Assembly (NCBI RefSeq): GCF_006345805.1
Contig: NC_043003.1
Span: 109,120,001 to 109,184,000, forward strand
Length of the DNA stretch: 64,000 nt
From: Octopus sinensis
Taxonomy: Eukaryota
Direction: 5' to 3'
In this document: positions 40,286 to 52,572 of the stretch, piece by piece
How positions within the stretch are numbered: position 1 is the first letter of the stretch
Layout: each line of letters begins with the position of its first letter
Notes under the pieces: generated by a model
Seen by the model: the letters and a program-made list of their open reading frames with translations, nothing else
What the model was told of the DNA's origin: nothing
The model's database searches: none
Program-made: the position numbers and the translations under genes

Positions 40286-40574
40286 TTATATTCTAAATAA
40301 TTTGCAATTTCAAAAAATATATTAATTTTGCGTTATTTAATTTGATAAATTCTACGGAATAATTTTGCGCGTTATATACGTTCGCGTTTCTGTAAAAAAA
40401 GTAATTATTTAGGGCGATCGAGTATCGAGTACCTACGTCTGGCTCGCGCGCACGCGCGAATCCGCGTCGTGTGCACAACCGGGACCACTCTGCGATACAA
40501 GTACCCATAATACATCCATACATACATGTGTGTGTGTGTGTGTCTATTGTATGTGTATTAATGTGTGTGTGTTA

Positions 40575-40927
40575 TCTCCTATATAAGCTGAAGTTGTCTG
40601 CGCCACGTTTGGTAACCTTCAACTAACACTATCTCCTCCGAGACCCTGCGGCCCAAGTTGACCAAAATTGAGAGTATGATAGAAGAAGGGTTGCTCTTCC
40701 TTCCGTTGAACATAAAATTCAAATCGGACATGTTAAACACCAAAAATTATTTACATCAAAAAGCTGCTTTTTTCTATGAAAATCCCTATTTTTTACGATT
40801 TTTTCACTGCTGTGTCGCCACTTTTCGGTGTATTTCGACCAGAAAAATGTCACAAAATTTTTACTTTTCAAATTACAATTCCAGCGCGGTCGAAACAAAC
40901 CCGAGCAACGCCGGGCGATACTGCTAG
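40575..40927 (+). mobile_element. Non-autonomous Helitron (353 bp)
   Basis: A|TC start, CCCG-AGCAACGC-CGGG hairpin (40900-40915), CTAG|T end. Confidence 0.8.
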
Positions 40928-41156
40928 TATATAATAAAAAGTAACAACTCCAAGTACTATAATGACAACCTTTTACTTTTTGTTCTAAATTATAATATAT
41001 ATGTATATATATAACTTATAAATAAGGGCAAATGAAAAAATTTCTAATGCCAAACATGCCGAAATTAGACACTCTATCCATAACCATATAATTTTTCACA
41101 ATACGCACGCTACTCAAAAAAAGGTCAACAGAAATCTCTAAAAAATTCCATTATTA

Positions 41157-41219
41157 CCATATCGGACCGATTTCAGGGTTAGTTCATAAGAACCCTCCCT
41201 TCGTCAGTGATAAATGTGG
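41157..41219 (-). ncRNA. Candidate minimal type I hammerhead ribozyme (left arm)
   Basis: Mirror of 41409-41471; stem I TATC/GATA plus CCA/TGG. Confidence 0.65.
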
Positions 41220-41408
41220 CAAAGAAATAAATGAAATACTTACTCATACCCATGGAAGAAGCAAATACTAAGTCATGAGCACAATTCACACATGTCTCGA
41301 ATGGCTGGAGAATTTCTATTTTGGATGTATTTGGGGTACTTAATTGTGCTCATGACTTAGTATTTGCTTCTTCTATGGGTATGAGTATGTATTTCATTTA
41401 TTTCTTTG

Positions 41409-41471
41409 CCACATTTGTCACTGACGAAGGGAGGGTTCTTATGAACTAACCCTGAAATCGGTCCGATATGG
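41409..41471 (+). ncRNA. Candidate minimal type I hammerhead ribozyme (right arm)
   Basis: CTGACGA 41421-41427; stem II AGGG/CCCT with GTTC-ttat-GAAC; GAAA 41454-41457; self-complementary ATCGGT stem III; GUC ending 41463; A-C mismatch at the first stem I pair. Confidence 0.65.
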
Positions 41472-41774
41472 TAATAATGGAATTTTTTAGAGATTTCTGT
41501 TGACCTTTTTTTGAGTAGCGTGCGTATTGTGAAAAATTTTATAGTTATGGACAGGGTGTCTAATTTCGGCATATTTGGCATTAGAAATTTTTTCATTTAC
41601 CCTTATTTATAAGTTGTTTATAAATTTAACCTTTAAAGGTATTTTTTAATATGCTGGCCATTGATAAAATTTTTTTTAGAAAAAATTTTATCCTACATTA
41701 AATTATATATATATATATATATTATATATATATATATATATATAAATTATAACACAAACACACACACATATATA

Positions 41775-41995
41775 TATACAGTTAATCTAAACAAGAAAGC
41801 ACAAAAAACACAACAACGCGAGGACGTAGAACAAACATAGTATTATTGGATGCTCAGGAAAGAAGGAAAGAAGGAGGGTTTAACGTTTTGAGTGGAGCTC
41901 TTCGACGGAAACATAGGAGAAGGAAAGATCCAGAGAAAGGAAGACAGAGGAAAAAATCGCCAACGGTACACACGAGGTCACATTATATATATACA
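41775..41995 (-). repeat. Penelope pseudo-LTR-like repeat with decayed hammerhead (41878-41912)
   Basis: Minus: GTTT-CCGTCGA-A-GAGC-tcc-ACTC-AAAA-CGTT-AAAC. Confidence 0.45.
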
Positions 41996-41999
41996 TATA

Positions 42000-42465
42000 T
42001 ACAACCAAACCAAATGATAATAAAGGAGATCTACTGTGAGCAGCCTGAGTGGCTTAAATCAGTACTTGAAGGAAAACAAGCATCTTTGGTTTCAAGACAA
42101 AAGGTGTTCTTCCATCAGGATAATGCTTGGCCACATACAGTGAGGATGACATTCCAAAGGCTGAAGCAGTTTCAATGGGAAACAATGCCCCACCCACCAT
42201 ATTCTCCAGATATTACTCCATCTGATTATCATCTAGATGGAAAAAATATGACTTCTGTAGATGAGGTCAGAACAGTAGTGGAGGAGTATTTTTCATCATG
42301 GACAAGTGAATTTTGGAAGAGGAGCCTTGCAAGTCTACCAGATAGATGGAAGAGCATTATAGAAAATGAAGGAGAGTATATTTTAGATTAAAAAAGAACT
42401 TTGTTTATCTTAATTTAGAAAAATAAAAGAAGTATAAAAAAGCCACATGATTTATGAGATCCTCA
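42000..42465 (+). mobile_element. mariner transposase C-terminal remnant and partial 3' TIR
   Basis: FFHQDNAWPHT, HPPYSPDITPSDYHL, LPDRWKSIIENEGEYILD* (stop at 42391). Confidence 0.92.
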
Positions 42466-42830
42466 AGATAACGAGGACCCCAAAGTCCAATTGGTGGGGA
42501 TATAGCCTCGAAGTGACCTTGCAGGTATCTTTGGAAGACTTGCATTGTATAACGGAGGAAATAATACTCCCGGAAGCCAGCAGACTTCGAATAACAGTTG
42601 AAGGAGGACCACCAACATGCTTCCTATGTGGCAAAAAGGGGCAAAAAGGGGCACATGAAAGGGAAAGATGTCCTGAGAAAGAAAACGAAGAGGAGAAGAA
42701 AAGTGAAGAAAACAATACCGAAGAGGTAGTACCAATGAAAGAGACAGATAGAGTGGAGGAACCCTTCAGAGTAGTAAACACGAGGAAGAGAAAGGAACGG
42801 GTGAATTCTCCTAGAAGTCAAAAAGGCTAA
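42447..42830 (+). pseudogene. Retroelement gag/ORF1-like remnant with disrupted CCHC zinc knuckle
   Basis: RITVEGGPPTCFLCGKKG..H...CP followed by a K/E-rich region. Confidence 0.55.
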
Positions 42831-43727
42831 AGGATCAGAAAAGAGTAGAAGCACCAACAGCGGTGAGAAGAGAAAAAGAGAATGGAGAAAAGGAAGCGTA
42901 GGTGTGATGTTGCCGCTAGAACAGAAAAAAAGGCTAAAGGAGAGTAAAGTGGATGGTCAGAAAGAGTAAGAAATAGAGAAAATGATTGTAAAATAGAAAT
43001 CGGTAATAAGAGTAAAGCTGCCGCCAGGAAAATACCCGGAATATACTAAAGGAGCAGTCATAGATAAAGAGATTTTTTTTTAATTAAGAGAGATGTATGG
43101 ACTTTTCATAGACCAGCTGAGGGTTGAAATCGAGTTTGACGAGCTCCCACTGGTCGTGGAATTAAAAGATTTGAAATCCTTTATGAACATTTAAAAATAA
43201 GTAAGTAAAAGGTACTTCATAAAAAAAATGAGGGAAATAGACTGTTAAAATGTATAAAGGAAACAGAAAAAAAACCATACAAAAAAAAAAAGACTAAGAA
43301 AAAGAACAAGCTAAAAAAGAAAAAAGACTGTAAGAACGTTTAATTGTAAAAAAGAAATCACGGTTTCGTGTTGGACGGGACCGAGAAAACCGTCTCATAT
43401 TCATTATAATTTAATTCATTGTAATTCATTCTTTCATATGTTTTTTGTTCCCTCATGTTTGTGTGTGTCCCCTCTGTATTCAGGCCTTGTGCCTATAATA
43501 AAGAGAAAGCTGGTGATTGTCACATGATGGGTGACTATCAGAAACCTGGGTCTGTGTGTATCACATAAGGCTAGAGATGGGAATGATGATTTCCCTTTGA
43601 AAATACTAAACGGACACAGACAGTGTGTCATTAGCCTGCTGGAGGAGATGTCTTCCTGGGGCTATAAACAACATAGCATCATCATCCCTATGGGTCCGCC
43701 ACAGTCAGGTGGCAAATACACTTCACA

Positions 43728-43813
<86 letters not shown>

Positions 43814-43849
43814 GCACACGCACACACTCATGCAAATAAACACCAATCG

Positions 43850-44280
43850 AAAGCAAAATCAAAATCAAAATCAAAATCAAATTCGATGACTGGCGTTCGT
43901 GGTAGCAGGGTGCAAAGAGCACCATACGAGCATGATCATTGACAGAGCAGCCAACTGGCTTCCGTGCCAGTGGCACGAAAAAGGGCAACATTCGAGCATG
44001 ATCGTTACCAATGTCGCCTTACTGGCACCTGTGCTGGTGGCATGTGTAAAAGGATCCGAGCGAGGTCGTTGCCAGTACCGCCTGACTGGCTCCCATGCCG
44101 GTGGCATGTAAAAAGCACCCACTACACTCTCAGAGTGGTTGGCGTTAGGAAGGGCATCCAGCTGTAGAATCTCTGCCAGATCAAGATTGGAGCCTGGTGC
44201 AGCCATCTGGTTTGCCAGTCCTCAGTCAAAATCGTCCAACCCATGCTAGCATGGAAAGCGGACGTTACACGATGATGATG
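43850..44280 (+). mobile_element. RTE 3' UTR copy (family C) starting in (AAATC)n
   Basis: Same (AAATC)n occurs at 58822 in the coding-linked copy. Confidence 0.9.
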
Positions 44281-45521
44281 GTGTCTCTAGCTTTCACCAT
44301 TTTGTTTTAAAAATCTATATCTACTCTTGCCCCTTGTCTATCTTGCTCTTCCCCATAAATTGCCATCAGATAATTTCATTAGAGTTATTTCCCTTGCTTA
44401 CCAGTATTTAGATTTTAAACATCCCCAAAAGGGAAATTTTGTCTACTAATTGGGCTGATAATCTTTGTTGATCAAAGATCAAAGCGTTTGAACTCGATTT
44501 ATTACAAATGTGACACCCGACCATATTTATTAATTTATAGCTATAGCACACTTCTGAGCTACTTTCTTCTCCCTCATAAAATACGTGGATGTTTCTCATA
44601 GATAAAGGGGTTTGTGAAAGCACTAACCCCTACCTTACCCTTCTAATGATATATCCACTAAAGTACTAAATGACCCCAGACAAAATGATAACCAAATATT
44701 AGGGTACAAGTGGGGGGAGGGTATGTATGTGCCTGTGTGTATTTATGTGTATGTGTCTGTTTATATACATGTGTGTGCATGTGTGAGTGGCTGGGGGCAC
44801 AAATTTGTGTGTGTGTGTGCGCGTGTGTGTGTGTGTACATGCTTATGTATGTGTGTTTGTATATGTGTGTATACATCTCAGTGTGTATGTGTGTGTATGT
44901 TTGTAAGTGTGTTTGTGAGTGTGTGCATGAACGAAATCCGAATGAACCCCGCCCCCGGGGAATGCGTATCTGGATAGTAGTCAGAGCTCTGAGGTTGGTG
45001 TTAAAGAGACGATCTCAAGACACTGTAAAGAATGTTGGTCTATATATTTTAATGGTTATGAAAAATAGTAGAACGAAGACGGTAGCGAAACACCTCCCCC
45101 AACATGACATCGATGATATGTACAGACATGTCCTACCTTTTTTTATTCACACAGATACATATGCACACACACACATCGATACATACACATACTCACAGCT
45201 TCTATATCTTGGTAGAAAATAAAACTCTGTCTTTTTTGTTACACTTATAAGTATGAACATGGGGCAATAAGTCATATAAACAAATATTTATATTTGCTTA
45301 TGTGTGCATGTCTGTCTACCTGTCTGTCTATCCCTCTCCTTCTCTCTCCCACTGAATGTGTATGTGTGTGTGTGTGTGTGTGTTGAATGATAGGTTTGGC
45401 AATACCAACAGGAGAAACAGAGCTCAAAAAACAAAAGTAGAGCATAAACATATTTTCGTTTTTGTTATTTAGTTTCACAGCTAAGATTTTCATAGATTGC
45501 ACCAATCAAATTTCATGTTAT

Positions 45522-45880
45522 AGGCATAGCTGGGTGGTAAGAAGCTTGCTTCCCAACCACATGGTTCTGGGTTCAGTCCTACTGCATGGCACCTTGGGCA
45601 AGTGTCTTCTGCTATAGCATCAGATTGACCAAAGCCTTGTGAGTGGATTTGGTAGATGGAAACTAAAAGAAACCAGTTGTATGTACATATATATATATAT
45701 ATATGTTTGTCTTTGTGTCTGTGTTAGTCCCAGTAACTTAGTGGTTTGGCAAAAGAGATCAACAGAATAAATACCAGGGTTTAAGAAAATTAGTACTTAG
45801 GTTGATTTATTCAGCTCAAATTTTTTCAGGATGGTGCTCCAGCATGACCACAGTCAAATGACTGAAACAATTACCAGATG
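45522..45880 (+). mobile_element. SINE family B
   Basis: Family B motifs. Confidence 0.85.
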
Positions 45881-46227
45881 AAAGACAATATTTGTATGTG
45901 TGTGTGTGGTGTGTGTGTGGTGTGTGTGTGTGTGTATGTGTGTGTGTGTGTATGTTCTCTCACACTCACTCTATGCACACACACAGACACATACAAATAA
46001 TTTCAATCTGTAGAAAGACAATGATTTGCCAGTTTTATATATCCTGCCTTGTGTTTAAGGATTGCTTGGTGACACAAGGGGTCACTGCTCAGTTATGGTT
46101 TCTACAGCATGAAACTTTTAGTAGCTCATTTTCAAATACTGTGTATATTAATTGACATTTATCTCTCACTGGATGCAGTACTTTTTCGTTAGTCCTATTA
46201 ACAAGAGAACAGTAATCTATATAAACA

Positions 46228-46715
46228 TACATGGTGGCTGCCCCCTCGTTATCGAGTATGGCCATTGCACGAAGCTTAATCAATGTTGTTAACGTGCAAT
46301 GCCTGTGCAAGAAGAGTTTTTTTAAAGTGAGGAAAGGCTGTGCACTGAGTCAATCTCACTCACTAAGCAACAGCAGCCATAGTCCGAAAAGAAGAACAAG
46401 TCAACATCATCGGTAACCACTGAGCTGCAGGTTTTATGTTGGAGTTATCCCAGTTACCTGAGTTACCTTCTCCTAGAAGGATGCCCTAACAAAGGCTAGG
46501 AGTCCTTCACTCCCAATGGTTTAACCGTGCAATTGGGTATTCAGTCTGATTATTTCTATGTCCCCGTGCATGATACAGCCTTAAGACATATATTGGATGG
46601 CTGTTGACTCTCAAGAGTTCCTCCGCCCTTTGACGGGTTTTGTTTTTCATTCCGCAGGGTGTCCAATAAACACCCTCCTCACCAAGCAAGCTTGGTGGGG
46701 TTACTGGTTTAGTCA
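46228..46715. mobile_element. Family F repeat
   Basis: Matches 34390-34900. Confidence 0.85.
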
Positions 46716-46739
46716 TACATACATACATACATACATACA

Positions 46740-46915
46740 TACAGGAGTGGGTACTGAAAAGTTCCCAGCTTTGGGTTAAAAAAACATACAAGAGGATCAG
46801 TTGATTATGATTCTATTCAAATTATTCCCCTCTCAGATCCTGCAGTTCTTCAGTTTTTCTAAGCCTTGTAAAAGAACTCAGAAGGTTTGGTCTGCAGGCA
46901 GGCTTTGTGCAATAC
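46740..46915 (+). mobile_element. Possible mariner-type TIR fragment
   Basis: TA-CAGGAGTGGGTACTGAAAAGTTCC start resembles mariner TIRs. Confidence 0.35.
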
Positions 46916-46949
46916 CCTTGGAGTCAGGGACTTTTCAGCAGCTGCTGGT

Positions 46950-46999
<50 letters not shown>

Positions 47000-47386
47000 A
47001 CACACACACACACACCCACACATATACATACATACATAAATGATGGACTCTGCCGACGTATGAGCATTCAGTTCTTGCTGAACAATCTGCACAAAAGATT
47101 TGTTTATAGGGATCAAATATTTGTGTGCACATTAGCTCATTGTTTCCACCAAATTGACAATGCCGGAACAGAAACATGGTGCATCACGTGTCAGGAGTGT
47201 TCACAGAGCAACATGAAATGAAGTGCTTTGTTTAAGAACACATGATCTGGTCTAAGAATTGAAGCCATAATCTCGCAACCATGGGTGCAGCATCCTAACC
47301 ACGAGACCACACACACACACACACACACACATATAAAGGCTTTTGCTCAAAAATGCAATGTAGGGGCTAATTATTGAATAAATATA

Positions 47387-47614
47387 TATTTCTTTACTGC
47401 TCACAAGGGGCTAAACAGGGGACAAACAAGGACAGACAAAGGGATTAAGTCGATTACATTGACCCCAGTGTGAAAGTGGTACTTTATTTATCGACCCCGA
47501 AAGGATGAAAGGCAAAGTCAACCTCGGTGGAATTTGAACTCAGAATGTAATGACAGACGAACTACGGCTACACATTTCGCCCGGAGTGCTAACGGTTCTG
47601 CCAGCTCGCCGCCT
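47387..47614 (-). mobile_element. SINE family A, CpG-rich and probably young
   Basis: Head GGCGGCGAGCTGGCAGAACCGTTAGCAC, B box GAGTTCAAATTCC. Confidence 0.9.
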
Positions 47615-47649
47615 TAGAGGAAATAAATATATGTACATACATAAATACA

Positions 47650-47985
47650 TACAAGAGAGAATATTTATGGAGAACTGCTTCGAAACCTCCAGCTTCCATA
47701 TCCAGACTCTGAATTCATATTCATACCAATAATAATTGGAGCACTAGGCTTTGTTAGTAAATGCTTAAAGGAGAATCTGGATAAACTGAGATTTTCAGAA
47801 AGAGAAAACGATCGGCTGATTCGTTCATAACAAATCTAATCCGTGAGCGGAACAGTAGAAATATGCAAGACTTTTCCCAAGGTCCTAATGTAAATTTGTC
47901 TGTGTTAACTACATCCCAAAGATGGAGCCTTGTATCTTTGTTGGAAACCGGCTCCCTCCTCAGTGGAAGATTTATAATAATTAAA
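47650..47985 (+). mobile_element. 3' end of an RLE-type non-LTR retrotransposon (R4/Dong-like)
   Basis: ENIYGELLRNLQLPYPDSEFIFIPIIIGALGFVSKCLKENLDKLRF...GTVEICKTF, the C-terminal IPIIIGALG pattern. Confidence 0.75.
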
Positions 47986-48307
47986 AAATAGAAGAGACAT
48001 ATATATATATATATACATACATACATGCATACATACGTACATACATACAAACATACATACATATATATATATGTATATATATAATAGAAATACGTTACAA
48101 AAAGAAAATAGAAACTACATGTGGAAATGTAAGGAGAAAGTAAGAAAAGTCAAGGAAAATGCACATTGTAAATAAAAAAAGAAAAAAAGGGCTTTTTATG
48201 AATGGTAATGACAGATATATATACAATTAGATGGACTGAGGTAGTAATAAAAGTAATAAAAAAGTCATAAAAGTCATTATTATGACATTATTGAAGAGAT
48301 TCAAGCA

Positions 48308-48348
<41 letters not shown>

Positions 48349-48399
48349 TATATATATATTATATATATACATACATATATATATACATATATATATATA

Positions 48400-48748
48400 G
48401 GTGCAGGCGTGGGTGTCTGTCAAGAAGCTTGCTTTCCAACCACATGGTTCCAGGTTCAGTCCCACTGCGTGGCACCTTGGGCAAGTATCTTCTACTATAA
48501 CCTCAGGCTGACCAAAGCCTTGAGAGTGAATTTTGTAGACAGAAAATATGTATATATTTGTGTGTATGTTTGTCCCCCCACAACTTATGTTGGTGTGCTT
48601 ACATGCCTGTAATTTAGCAGTTCAGCAAAAGGGACCGATAGAATAAGTACTAGGCTTACAAAAAGTAAGTCACGGGATCGATTTGTTCAACTGAAGGCAG
48701 TGCTTCAGCATGGCCACAGTTAAATGACTGAAACAAGTAAAAGAATAA
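48400..48748 (+). mobile_element. SINE family B
   Basis: Family B motifs. Confidence 0.85.
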
Positions 48749-48750
48749 AA

Positions 48751-48790
<40 letters not shown>

Positions 48791-48807
48791 TACATACACA
48801 TAGATAC

Positions 48808-48919
<112 letters not shown>

Positions 48920-49726
48920 CTGATATCATACCACGCTACTGTGTGGACTAAGATCTCCGTTGACAGGCCACTGATATTAAATAAGGTGTTAAATACTGAC
49001 AGTATGCCAATTAATTGCTCCAGTTCCCTGAAACTACTGGATTTTTAGTGTGTGTCTAAAGAGATTAACTTGCTGTTTCTCTGAAATGTTAAGTGATGTA
49101 GACACATCTTACGAGAACTCAGTAGGGTTTGAAAATTGATGAAGGCTATTTTTGCAATCATTGGAAAAATAGATTTTCCCTGCTTATATATCTACTGAAT
49201 AGGTTCCATGCAAATACCCACTTTCCTCCTCCTCCTCCTCCTCCTCCTCATCATCATCATCATCATCATCATCATCACCATCATGCAATATTGGGGCATG
49301 GCCTTCAAGGATTTTAGTCAAACAAATCAAATCAACCCTTGTGCTTATTCTATCAGTCTCTTTTGCCAAAACTGCCAAGTTACAAGGGTTATAAACAAAC
49401 TAACACCTGTAGTCAAGCAGTAGTGGGACAAATACAGAGACACAAACACAGACACACACACACACACAGACACACACACATACAGACACACACACACACG
49501 TATATAGTCATCATTATCATCATTGTCATTATCATCATCATCATCATCATTTAACGTTTTTCATGATGGCATGGGTTGGGCAGTTCCATTGTCTATTCTG
49601 GCATGGTTTCTACAGCTGGATGCTCTTTGTAATGCCAACCACTCGTTTTGAGTTACTAAAAGTAAAAGACAACATTGCCACAAAGTAAATCCTGTACTGG
49701 AACATCAAGATCACCTCGCTTTACAC

Positions 49727-49906
49727 CATTTCGTCTGCCGTTACGTTCTGAGTTCAAATTCCATTGAGGTCGACTTTGCCTTTCATCCTTTCAGGGTCGA
49801 TTAAAGAAGTACCAGTTATGCACTGCATCAATATAATCGACTTAATCCGTTTGTCTGTCCTTGTTTGTCCCCTCTGTGTTTAGCCCCTTGTGGGTAATAA
49901 AGAAAT
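49727..49906 (+). mobile_element. SINE family A, 5'-truncated
   Basis: Family A body and tail. Confidence 0.85.
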
Positions 49907-50160
49907 CATTATCTGAACCTGCAGTGTGATCCTGGAACAAAATTTGGAATGGGTGTTTATTTTGTCATTCTAAAAGTTTATAGACCAGCACTTTCTCTAG
50001 ATGTATATAAATGATAAAAGGTTAGCTGTTTTTGATTCCTTTAAACTTTAGAAAGCTTGGCAGCATGGTTAACTCAAAAGGGTCTTTAGACAAAGAAACT
50101 GCATCTCACATTCAAAGTCTTTTGATTCTCTTAGGACTCATGTGTGGTTATAATGACATA

Positions 50161-50355
50161 TTAACCCTTTAACATTTAAATATCCAGCCCAAATATTCTA
50201 CCAGTTTAATGTTCAAACTGGCCAGACCTGGCCTATCACATTGACTCAAAAATATACAATCACATTATCAAAATCTCAATGTCACAAGATCCTTCATGAT
50301 TAATTCAAAACAATGTGAATAAATAAATATTACATTTGACAAAGAAATCTGAATT
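50161..50355 (+). mobile_element. piggyBac-like MITE (family G)
   Basis: Starts TTAACCCTTTAACATT. Confidence 0.7.
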
Positions 50356-50459
50356 TCAAAAGTTTAATGTCAGCACAAAAGAATTTGCTCTACTGTGCAT
50401 TCGTATAAACCTCCCTTCTTTATTTGGCAGAAACATGGACTGTTTACAACCACCACATA

Positions 50460-50700
50460 AACTCGTAAGAACACTTTCACATCATTTAATGTCCATTTTC
50501 CATGCTGGCATGGGTTGAACTGTTTGAGAGGAGCTGGTAAGATTGGGAAAGTACCCAGCCCCATCATCAGTTTTGGCATGGTTTCTACAGCTGGATGTCC
50601 TAAATAAGGCCAACCACTTTACAGAGTCTACTGGATGCTTTTTATACATCACCAGCACTGACAGGGTCACCAAGCAACTTGTAAGACAAATCTCCTCAGA
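50460..50700 (-). mobile_element. Family C-type tail; element probably extends to ~51350
   Basis: TTTCTACAGCTGGATG core; related to 19150-19380. Confidence 0.65.
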
Positions 50701-52374
50701 TGGGAGCGTGGAGTAGTTTTGTACCATTTGAGAGATTAAAGTTAGAGAGAGAGAAGGATAGAGATGTTGTTGTAGTGTAGAGTAGATACATGGATATCCC
50801 AGCTTGAAGAGAAAGGAGCACAAGTTAGAGAGTAAGATAAAGAATGGTTGAATGAAAGAGTAAAATAAAGAGAGCAATAATGAGAGAGATAGTGGCGGAG
50901 ATGTGTCAAGACATGTCCTCAGGGGACATTGGTAGTGGTGAGAATAAGTGAGGTGATACAGAAGTTTGGACTGGCTGAGGGGGGGGGGGCAGGATAGAGG
51001 AGACTGACAAAATGATGGAGTGAAATAGAGGAGAGGCTTGGGGTTGGGGTTGGGGTTGTAGTAGATATTTGAGGTCATTGAGTGTGATAGCAAATGAGTG
51101 AGGTGTTAATGATTGGGATTAACAGAGAGGCAAGAAGGTATGGAAAGGTAGTGATTGGTGGAAACGGTTGGCAGGGAAAGATGACGGGGGGGGGGTGAAA
51201 ATGGTCTGCGGTGGGAGGCTTGGGGAAGGCAACTGAGAAAGCAGGGTGGGGGTGTAGTATGTGCCTACTCTTCTCTTAGGTGATAGAGAAATGATGGGGA
51301 TTAGGGGAAAAGGTAGACAGGTCAAAGGGGATGGAGGCAGGGGTGTGGCAGATCCCTTCATGGACAAGCATTACTAAAGTTGTGGGTATTTCTATAAATT
51401 CAGTAAAAAGCAATAAATTACAGAAGTCAATCCATGAATTGTAATCCATTGTTGCTTATCTCTTAAATCATTTGATTTTTGCATCTATCTTGAAATATTG
51501 TAGAAAATCTATTGAGAAAATGCTTATCTTTATTCTCTTTTTTAAAAATGTCAGGTGAGCAATATGTATAAAAATGGCTGTTTCAAGCTCATATTTTTCA
51601 TTTCATGCCTGGCTCTCATGAGACTATTTTGTTTTTCACTTTATAACTTTTAAACATCATACAAAGGAGGTCATTCTAATAACTGTTCTCTTTTCATGAA
51701 ATTGCATTTCATTTTGTTCAAATTATTCAAGCAAAGCAGTCTTTTAAAAAACAATATTTCTGCAAACATTGCAAAAAATAATTTTGTTTCTTTTTTTTTC
51801 TGAGCAAGCTTGAAAACCAAGAAAACTGGTATTCATGCAAAAAATGCATAGTTCCATGCAATGTGAAGATATTTCTGCTCTGTTGTTCAAATCATGATTT
51901 TCTTGAAGGAAAATTCAGAATTTTTTTGACTCAAATGAAGGCCTTGGAGCATTTTTTTGCTGAAGTTGCACTTCCTATGCTTAATCTACCTCTCTGTCGC
52001 CCTGGCTGTTTGCCTGCCTCTGTATGTGTGTGTGTGCGTGTGTGTCTGCCTGTTAGACTGCCATCTTGCTTGCCTGTCTGAATGCAGAGGATCATTTATG
52101 GAACCAAAATAAAAGCACTCAATAGAATATGAAGTAGAGTAACAAATAAGAGAAACATAAAGAATTGTAACAGACTTTATGTGAAGAGGGAAGTTGGTGT
52201 TTATGAATACAACAAACTTTCATTCCTTTGTCTCATTTCTGTTTATTAACCAAACAAACAAACATAACAACACAGTTGTGATTTTAGATATACAAGAGTA
52301 CAGAAATCACATACAGTATAATTAAAACACACTCACACACACATGTACGCATGCACACACACACACACACACAA

Positions 52375-52535
52375 CGGACTTCTTCCAGTTTCCGTCTACC
52401 AAATCCACTCACAAGGCTTTGGCTGGCTCAAGGCTATAGTAGAAGACACTTGCCCAAGGTGCTGAGCAGTGGGACTGAACCCAGAACCATGTGGTAGGAA
52501 AGCAAGCTTCTTAGTATACAGCCATGCCTGCACCA
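52375..52535 (-). mobile_element. SINE family B, 5' part
   Basis: Family B head. Confidence 0.8.
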
Positions 52536-52572
52536 GTATATGTGTGTGTACGTATGTATGTATATATATATC

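Larger units (their letters stand above)
41013..41615. mobile_element. 603-bp fold-back element with 274-bp arms, each carrying a hammerhead motif
   Basis: 41013-41286 versus 41342-41615, roughly ten differences by eye, 55-bp spacer. Confidence 0.9.

Noticed and set aside
51504-51554. Possible 51-nt exon ending CAG|GTGAGC (NLLRKCLSLFSFLKMS)
   Set aside because: Good donor but weak acceptor, T-rich intron-like composition, and no recognisable protein.
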